Below are positions 32,185 through 39,875 of a stretch of DNA of 64,000 nucleotides, in pieces. The notes beneath the pieces were generated by a model, which had not been told where the DNA came from, did not search any database, and saw only the letters and a program-made list of their open reading frames with translations. Source of the DNA: Blastocladiella emersonii ATCC 22665 (taxonomy: Eukaryota; Fungi; Blastocladiomycota); the NCBI GenBank assembly GCA_025594325.1, contig JANHCV010000006.1:1736001-1800000 (forward strand), given 5' to 3'. The stretch's first letter is position 1. Each line of letters starts with the position of its first letter. The translations under genes and the position numbers were made by a program.

Positions 32185-32935
32185 CCGTGTAGTGCCTGCA
32201 CGAACCTCGCTCACCAAGCCCGGCCACCGTCATCGCGCCCACCCGCTGGCCTCCTTCGAATCGACTAGTCGGGCTCGCACGCGGCCGCCGTCCGGTCCTC
32301 CTCGCCGCCGCCACCCGCCCCCGAGTCCCGGCCCGACCACCGTGTCCCGGATCTCTCTCGCGGCAACGGTCTGCACACCTCTCACCAGGTCTCCCACGCG
32401 GCTTGTCTCTGACTCGTCGCGCCCCGCCTGCACCGTGTAGTCGGCTTCCGCGTGAACTCGCTCGCGCGCGCAAGGTCAACCGCGACAAGACACACGTTTT
32501 CTAGCAGGCCACGGCCATGGTCACGGTACGCGCCCCGCGGCTTTTGCTCATCCACGATAGTCACTCACTTGCATCTTCCTCGTAGCGCTGATGATGCTGT
32601 ACCCAAGCGCGCATCTCCCAAGCGCTGCAGCTGTACAGTTGGGAATCGACCGCATCGCCACCGTGGCCAAGCCCAAGTACCTCAAGCTCATCCCCAAGGG
32701 TCCCCAAGGTCACGGCCGCGTGCACGCGTCGGCTCGCGGGTCGATGGCGGCCGAGTGCGGTGTGCTTCAGATCCCTCGAATCGGCCGCGACATGATGCGG
32801 TCGTCGCCCTCCTCCCATCTCCCGCCCTCGATGTGCCTGATGATCAATACATTTTGTTCCTCCCTATATCTCTCTCGTGGACCCTGAGCGAAGCTGGAGC
32901 GTGAGCTGGCGAACCTATATTGAATTTTTCCTGGG

Positions 32936-33111
32936 CGTTTTGAAGGCGATAACAGCGTTTATAGCCTTTAAAAGCGTGCGCAGCCTTCAAAGGCGGGGGA
33001 GTGCTTTTGAAGGCGGGGGAGTGCTTTTGAAAGCTGGTGGGTGCCTTCAACGGCCGGACATGGCTTTTGAAAGCACCGCTTGCCTGCGGTGCCTTAATCG
33101 CCTTCAAAACG
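32936..33111. repeat. Array of quasi-palindromic 12-bp cores (GCYTTYRAARGC) at ~20-bp period, bounded by a 15-bp perfect inverted repeat
   Basis: Cores at 32936, 32964, 32983, 33003, 33023, 33043, 33063 and 33100. CGTTTTGAAGGCGAT (32936-32950) is the exact reverse complement of ATCGCCTTCAAAACG (33097-33111). Confidence 0.8.
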
Positions 33112-33291
33112 ACCAAAAAAAATCGTGATGCCGGACGCGCCTGTTTGGTCTATTAAGATACATCTCACAACCAGTTTGAGTTCCTCTGAAGTCACACTTG
33201 ACATTTTGACCAGAGACTCGCTCCTTGGAATCGTTCATTCGTGTATTCTGGTCGTTAAAGCGAGGCCAAGGTTCAATTGATTCAAAATGCA

Positions 33292-35257
33292 TCAGACGCC
33301 GTCAAGTGCAGCGTCAGTCCACTCGCTCCATAACGCGGCCAGCGCCTCGACAAACTTTTGCGAGGCGATCGTCTCGGGGGCCGCGCGGTGGATCGCGTCA
33401 ACGATCTCGGACTGCGGCGACGATTTGCGTTCCTCGTACACAACAAGCGTCGCCACCCACCGCGCGTTCTTGGCGTTGTCCAGCAGACCGTCCGGCACGG
33501 CAGCCCAGAAACGCAGCCACTCGGAGTCTGAGACCCCTGCGTACACGATATTGTCCACGAACGGCTTGACGGTGCGGCAATGTTCCACCAGGGCAACCGC
33601 GCGGTTGTGAAGCGCTTCGTCAAGCATCACGGCGACGAACGGTTTCCCAAAGTGTGGAGGACAGAGCACTCTTCTCGTGCAGCGAAGGATGTGGTTCACG
33701 ACGAGGAAAATGTTCCACTGGTCCGAGGCAAGCGAACTTGACAAGGCTCGTGCAAAGTAAGGGCAGACGCGGCGATGCGAGCATTTGGGCGTGTGAGTGG
33801 CACCAACGAAGCGGGAGGAGATGTACACCTTGCAAAGCGACACTCCAAAAGCGCGAGAGAGCTCGCCCGTGAGCTTCTCGTTGTGGTGGCGCACGAACCG
33901 GAATACGCGGTACGGAGCGCAACGAACGCCGAATTGAAGAGTGAGCACAAAGCCTAGGGCACACAATGGTCGTCAGAGTTTCGCTTACTCAAATTGGTCC
34001 AACAAATTTAACGTACAACGCCGGACGACGAGAGAAAAGCGATCGTCTCCAAGTTGGGCAGCGACAAACGACGCCAGCGGGCCGCTGTGTGCTTCCTCAT
34101 CAGCTGCCAGGGCGAGCGTAAGGACGTGGGCCCAGGCACCATCGCTCAACAACCCAAGCTTGTCGAGAACACGAAGATACTCTGGAGCAAGTGGCAGGTG
34201 CCCTGTCGACACATGCGATTCGATGTTGCCGAGGAGCGTCGAAGTGAACTCGGAAACGATGCAATCGGGATGAAGGGCAGCAACGCGATGGAAGAGTTGA
34301 GGGGTCGTGCAGAGGTAGCCGGCGAGCAGCTTGCCACGAAGCGACGTCCAGCACTTGCGAAGTAGCCAATCAATGGTGGAACACATACCCTCAAGCAGGG
34401 CGCCAGAGCACTGGGTGCGCTGCTTCACTATATCGTACAGCAAGTAATGCGTTATTTCGTTGCGGTTCAAGATGGTCGAGAACCGCTGATCGTCGAGACC
34501 GAGGTTTGCATCGCGTAACGCGTTGAGAGTGGGCAGGCTCCACCTGAACACAGCAAGAAAGCCGAGAAAGTCCGCGAATGAGAGTCTGTTGTCGTGCGGG
34601 CTCTCGAGATATTTGAGCTGATCCATTCGGGTCACCAAGATCCACTGTCGCAGCGGAAGTTGAATCGAGAAGAGTTCGGGAAGGCATTAACGCCCAGCGG
34701 CAAGAGTACATGCGAGACGGTCTGGGCCGAGCGAGCGCACCTCGTTCGCGATCAGCTGCATGAGCGCAAGAGTCGGATCGGACCGGGCTCGCTGGTAAGC
34801 TGGCTGGTGAGCAAGCAATTCATCCACGACGGAGGCGAGATCGCGACCGGACCGCTCGACAGCGGTTCGCGCAAGCCGAAAGAGGTAACTGGAGAGCTCC
34901 GAGTACAGCGACGTGATGTGGTGGAAGGCGGGATCATCGCGGTTGACGACACGGCGAGCCGCACCCCTGCCCGAAACGACCTCGGCCGTGTATGCGAGGA
35001 GCGCGTCAACGTCGCTGGGATACCGGCTTTCTGCCAAGTTAGGGGTTCAGCCAAGCTTCCGGCACGCGGCGGCCGAGAACGGCATCCATCAGAGCACGCT
35101 TGACTTCTGGAGCGGCAGCCGCTACTGAGATGCTGCGGGTAGCGCTCATGACAGGGCACCGCGACTCAGTCAGGACCAGCACGGGCAAGAGCAGTTCGAC
35201 AGGAAGCGTTGCTAGTGTAGCTGGCAGTTGCATCAAGTCCAGTTCATTTGTTTCCAT
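33292..35257 (-). pseudogene. F-box-like orphan family paralog C (divergent) with +1 frameshift and in-frame TAA
   Basis: LATLPVELLLPVLVL, LPELF, APYRVFRF and FWAAVPDGLLDNAKNARWV match A and B. Intron 33954-34016 (GTACGT..CTAG) is at the homologous phase-1 site. Frameshift in CCCC near 35042, TAA at 34687-34689, spliced length 1903 nt (3n+1). Confidence 0.6.
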
Positions 35258-35397
35258 TGTGTTTGGGAGTACAAGCGAGTGCGGAGAGGGAGGGCTCAGC
35301 AACCAAGGTGGCGCGAGCAGCGCGTCGACTGCAAGTTCTCCCCCGACCCCGACGGCCACCTCAGCTCGATCGATGGCAAGTGACTCTCGTACATCAT

Positions 35398-37905
35398 TTA
35401 TTCTTCGCCACCAACGCTCATCTCGTCGCCGTAGACGGCGCGTAGCAGCTCCACCTCGTTGGCGCCCAGGACAGGCTCGCTCCACGCGATGGCCGCGCTG
35501 ATGCAGTGCAGCAGCACGCCGAGCGGGACCACCTGCCAGTTCTTGAGCCAGCGGACGTCGTCCTTGGTCAGCTCGGATGCCTTGGAGTGGACCACCACGA
35601 TCGGCTTGTCGTGGTCGACGGCGAGATGCATCCCGTCAGCGGCGCGCACGACGTATCCGGCCGGGTCGACGCGGTTCGCGCGCGTTGCCTTGGGCATCCC
35701 GCGGACCTGGCCCTTGTCGTTGCGCTCGAGCGCGACGGCCTGGCACCCGATGTGCGGGAGATGTGCGACGAGGAGGTCGACGAGCGACGCGACCGAGGGG
35801 CACAGGTACAGGTTCGCTCCGCTGATCGGGCGGGGCACGCCCTGGAGCCGCATTTCGCGGTTCCGCGTGCTCCCGCCGTGCGCGCCCGTCGGGGTATCCC
35901 CGCGGACCTCGAACTCGCGCTCGTCGACCATCCTGCCCGCGGCCGCGCACGCGTCGAGCCAGCCCGGGTGCACGACCCACGCGCCGTACAGGCACGCGCC
36001 GAGGTACTTCTTGGTGCGCGCCGTGCACCGGTTCTCGTCGACGCGCGCGACGACGTGCGTGGTCGTCGGGCACCACCCGGTCGAGTTGCCGCCCGCGGCC
36101 ACGGAGGCTGCGTCCTCGGACTCGTCGGCGAGCACGACCACGGTGCGGTGCGGCGGGCGGCGGACCGCTTTCGCGAGGTTGTGGATCGACTTGATGAGCG
36201 GGGCGCGGTCAGGCGCGCGGAACGACGACAGCGCGAGGACGTAGTCGGCGGACATGTGCTGCACCGCGCGGAAGTAGTCGGCGTCCGAGAGCGTGGTCGC
36301 GGTGGCCGAGGCGAGGGTCGCGGACTTGGACGCGGCGCGGGTGCCCGTGCTCCGCCGGCTGGCGCGGAGCGGGACGGGCGTCGCGGCGGCGGACTGCCGG
36401 CCCGAGAGCGACGCGCGGCGCGACGACGCGGCACTGTTGGCCTCGCTTGCGACGGCGAGGGTCACGTCTCCGAGAACTGCGCGGGGCGGGGTCGGGTTGG
36501 TGGTGGCAGTCTCGATGGACGCGGTCGAGCCGCGGGTACTGCGCCGAGATCGAGTAGAAATGGCTTTGGAAGCTGCCAGCGGCGGCGTGTCGTGGGTAAG
36601 GACCGGCGCAGGGGTTTCTTTTCGTGGGGTCGCTGGCTCGAGAGTAACTGGTTCCGACACCTCGGTCGCAGCGAACGCGACGTGAGTTCCGCTGCGCGAC
36701 CTCGTACTGCGCCGAACGGATGATGTGACAGCCGACGCGTCCGAAAGTTTCGCAGTGGTGCGGGGGGAAGCAACCTCGAAGGCATCCGTGGTCCGCTTCG
36801 CCGGCGACTCGAGCTTATCGCCAGTCGTCGAAGCAACACGTTTCGCCGGGGACGCAAGAGCAGGAAGTTCAAAGTCTGTGGTCGACGCGGCGCGTTTCCG
36901 CGGAGTTCCGGGACCCGAGGTGACTGGCGGGGATGCGAGCTGAGCCGAACTAGCAACGGGAGGTGGTGATGCAAGCTGCGCCGAAGGAGCGACAGGTGGC
37001 GACGCGACTTGTGCAGAAGTAGCTGCGGGCGATGATGCGAGCTGAGCCGAGGAAGCAATCGGTTTAGCATCGGTTAAGGCGGTAGGATCAGGCACTGTTT
37101 GCGAAGCGACAGGGCCTGGCGCCGAAGGCTCGGCGAGATCTAAGCTGGCAGAAACGGTCGCCGGCGACGCAAAAGTTTTGAGAACTTGGCCGTGTCCGAG
37201 ATCGAGATCCATGGGCTCGCTCTCGGGGTCGCCGAAGTACGAGGAAGGGACCGAAGCAACCGAGGCGGGGATATCGGGCTGGACCGAGAGGACCGACGGT
37301 GGGACGTAGAGTTGCGTCGGCGTCGGCGACGGCTGCGCAGCTTCATTGTCGATTGCGGGATGGTCTTCGGCATTCGAGCGTGGCGAGAAAGGTCGCTCGT
37401 ACTGCTCCGACGGTGCAAGAGAGTCCGACGACACCACGACGACCTGTGCAGCTGCCCGCTGAGTCTGCTCGATCCGCGACAAAGGCACGTCCTGGCTCAC
37501 GGAATCCTCGTCCGCGTAGTGCGAGTGGGCAGCGGAGTCATCCCACATGATCTCCTCGATCTCAGCGACCTGAGGCTCCACGCGGCGGACAGGCGGCAGG
37601 AACCCCGCGCGGCGTGCGAGTCCGTACCGCTGCTGGCCGACGACGAGCGGGTTCGGACCGGCCGCGGGCTGCATGGCCGCGGGTGGCCGCCACCGGTCAA
37701 ACGCCATAAAGTGGAACGGCGGGAAGCTGAGCGGGCCGGGCGGGAGCGGTCCCGGTGGCGGCGGCGACATCGGACCACGCGGAGCAGGGGCTAGAGCTTG
37801 AGCTTGAGGAGGCCGCGGCGGCGCGGGCGGCGGCGGCAACTGCTGCTGCTGGTGCAGCGGCGGGCGATACATTGCATGATGTCTGGGCGGTCGGTTGTGA
37901 TACAT
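35398..37905 (-). CDS. BRCT-domain protein with BRCA1/BARD1-type C-terminal BRCT region and long disordered N-terminus (835 aa)
   Basis: TTTHVVARVDENRCTARTKKYLGACLYGAWVVHPGWL...EREFEVRGD aligns by eye to BRCA1 BRCT1 (TTHVV..[31 protein letters not shown]). No RING seen. Confidence 0.8.
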   Translation of the reverse strand: MYHNRPPRHHAMYRPPLHQQQQLPPPPAPPRPPQAQALAPAPRGPMSPPPPGPLPPGPLSFPPFHFMAFDRWRPPAAMQPAAGPNPLVVGQQRYGLARRAGFLPPVRRVEPQVAEIEEIMWDDSAAHSHYADEDSVSQDVPLSRIEQTQRAAAQVVVVSSDSLAPSEQYERPFSPRSNAEDHPAIDNEAAQPSPTPTQLYVPPSVLSVQPDIPASVASVPSSYFGDPESEPMDLDLGHGQVLKTFASPATVSASLDLAEPSAPGPVASQTVPDPTALTDAKPIASSAQLASSPAATSAQVASPPVAPSAQLASPPPVASSAQLASPPVTSGPGTPRKRAASTTDFELPALASPAKRVASTTGDKLESPAKRTTDAFEVASPRTTAKLSDASAVTSSVRRSTRSRSGTHVAFAATEVSEPVTLEPATPRKETPAPVLTHDTPPLAASKAISTRSRRSTRGSTASIETATTNPTPPRAVLGDVTLAVASEANSAASSRRASLSGRQSAAATPVPLRASRRSTGTRAASKSATLASATATTLSDADYFRAVQHMSADYVLALSSFRAPDRAPLIKSIHNLAKAVRRPPHRTVVVLADESEDAASVAAGGNSTGWCPTTTHVVARVDENRCTARTKKYLGACLYGAWVVHPGWLDACAAAGRMVDEREFEVRGDTPTGAHGGSTRNREMRLQGVPRPISGANLYLCPSVASLVDLLVAHLPHIGCQAVALERNDKGQVRGMPKATRANRVDPAGYVVRAADGMHLAVDHDKPIVVVHSKASELTKDDVRWLKNWQVVPLGVLLHCISAAIAWSEPVLGANEVELLRAVYGDEMSVGGEE
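36932..37050 (-). repeat. Four-copy 33-36 nt coding minisatellite (SAQLASPP-type) within the BRCT gene
   Basis: GATGCGAGCTGAGCCGA at 36932 and 37034, with variants at 36968 and 37001. Confidence 0.75.
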
Positions 37906-38044
37906 GGTGGTCAGGAATGCATGGGCAAGGGGAGCGTGAGACGCGCGAGGCGCATCGCGACTTGTCTGATCACCGACTCACTCTTCGCGATCGTGCATGT
38001 ATTACGGGTCGAGCCCGCTAGTTTCGTGAAACTGCTCCTCGTCG

Positions 38045-39619
38045 TCACCATCGCCCGTCGTGTGTATCTATCTTGGGCGTTTCTCGCGCCGCAATGTCCT
38101 GCCTGCTGAGGTACGCCTCGGCCACGTCGACATCGACGAACACGCTGCCCTCCTCGCTGACGACCTCGGACGACCCGATCGTGTTCTCGTAGTCGCCCGA
38201 CTGGACCCCGACGCCGCTCCTCCCTCCTCCACCCTCGTCGTCGCGCGCCGGCACGCTCTCCGATGCCGACTCGAAGGAGCCCGCGACGCCCGACTCGCCC
38301 GTGAGCTGCGCGATCCCGAGGTCGCTCGTGTGCGTGCCCGTCGTTGTCGTGGCCGTGGCCGTCGCCGCCGCGGCCGCCGTCCTCGAGTCGCCGCCCGGCC
38401 CGCCGCTGAGCGGGACGACCAAGACGCGGTTCGTATTCTTGGGTCTGCCCACGGCCCTCCGCGCGGCCGGCCGGTCCCCGCTGCTCGCGCGCGACGTGAC
38501 GGCGAACGTGCTGGCAACTACTGCACAATAATTCTGGATAGAAAACTGGACCATCCAGAGCGCGGGGCTCCACGTGCCGGCGAGCGACAGCGTCACGGTG
38601 ACGAGGTACCCGAGGATCGCGACGAGGATGCGGAACGCGACGTTGAAGATCAGCGCGCGGATGTACTGGTGGATCGCGCTGCCGCCCGTCCCGCGCTGCC
38701 GGCCCGTCAGCGACCACGGGACCGGGATGTGCGGTAGCCGCCGTCGCAGCGGGGCGCCGCCGGGCGAGGACGAGGTCTGCGGCGGAGGGCGCAGGGAGCC
38801 GCCGAGCGTCGCGCGGCGCGAGGGGCCTGCGCCAGTCGATGAGGAGGGTGCGGGCTCGGACGGACCGTCGCTGATCGACCGTGTGCGCGCGATCTCGCCC
38901 GGCTTCGGCGCCGTGTCGCCGCCCATGGCCTTGCTCCGCCCGAGCGTGGCCACGGCGGCCACGGTCCGCGTGAGCGTGCGCGCGAGCGACTTGGCTCGCT
39001 CGGCCTGGCCATCACCACCGCTCCCGCCACCGACCGGCGGCGTGCCGGGCTTCTTGGCCGTGGCGTGCTTCGACAGCTGCTGGAGCGCCGGGATGCTGAA
39101 GACGCAGAGCATCATGAGGTAGAGTGCGAACAGGACCGACTTGCCCACCACGTTCCAGTCGGTGACGTAGAGCGTTCCGCAAAACCCCTCGCCCGAGACG
39201 AGCACCGTCTTGCCGACGGCCGAGACGACGGTCGGCACGATACCCAGGACGAGCGTGGTGACGAGGGCCGCGCGGACCGCGGGCTTCACGCGTGGCGGTA
39301 CGAGGACCGTCGCGCGAACCACGAGGACCCCAGTCGAGAGGATCTGGAATCCAAAGTACAGCACATCCGCGAAGTCGCTGAACGCGCGGCACGCGGCGGC
39401 GGACCCGAGCGGGACCGTGAGCTGGACCGTGAACGAGCACTGGTTGGCGAGCTGCAAGAAACTGGCCGCAAGCTGCGCGTGGTGCAGGGTTCCCGCGGCG
39501 CCGTTGCGTCGCCGCGCGCGCCGCCACTGCCCGAGGTTGAGCCACACGTTGTGCGCGCCGAGGACGAGCGCCGCGCCCAGGACGTGCGTGATGATGTAGT
39601 CCGATGCGCTCGGGCTCAT
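38045..39619 (-). CDS. Orphan seven-transmembrane (GPCR-like) protein, 524 aa
   Basis: Seven hydrophobic segments. Cys at the start of TM3 (ACRAF) and in the TM4-5 loop (GFCG). Long Ser/Pro/basic loop between TM5 and TM6, and a long C-tail. Single exon. Confidence 0.7.
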   Translation of the reverse strand: MSPSASDYIITHVLGAALVLGAHNVWLNLGQWRRARRRNGAAGTLHHAQLAASFLQLANQCSFTVQLTVPLGSAAACRAFSDFADVLYFGFQILSTGVLVVRATVLVPPRVKPAVRAALVTTLVLGIVPTVVSAVGKTVLVSGEGFCGTLYVTDWNVVGKSVLFALYLMMLCVFSIPALQQLSKHATAKKPGTPPVGGGSGGDGQAERAKSLARTLTRTVAAVATLGRSKAMGGDTAPKPGEIARTRSISDGPSEPAPSSSTGAGPSRRATLGGSLRPPPQTSSSPGGAPLRRRLPHIPVPWSLTGRQRGTGGSAIHQYIRALIFNVAFRILVAILGYLVTVTLSLAGTWSPALWMVQFSIQNYCAVVASTFAVTSRASSGDRPAARRAVGRPKNTNRVLVVPLSGGPGGDSRTAAAAATATATTTTGTHTSDLGIAQLTGESGVAGSFESASESVPARDDEGGGGRSGVGVQSGDYENTIGSSEVVSEEGSVFVDVDVAEAYLSRQDIAARETPKIDTHDGRW

Positions 39620-39875
39620 TGTCTTTTCCGTGGATGCTGCATGGTAAACCGGGGTCCTGGTTCGAGGGCGACGACGGCGCGGCCTCTGATCGCGTAGCCG
39701 CTAGTGGGGCCAGCCGGGGGCGTGCTATATCCACCAAACGGGTTGCCGGGTTTGGGTGAAAACGCGAGCGAGAGACGACGCGTCTCCCAATCACGTTGGC
39801 GCGCGGTGCGAGACATGAGACACGCGAGACACCAGTCTGCGAGCTGCGAACAAGGACCCCTTTGTCCGTATATTC

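Noticed and set aside
30678-33111. CRISPR-like repeat-spacer arrays
   Set aside because: Cores are 11-12 bp with 8-9 bp low-complexity spacers, far too short. The context is eukaryotic and no cas genes are present.
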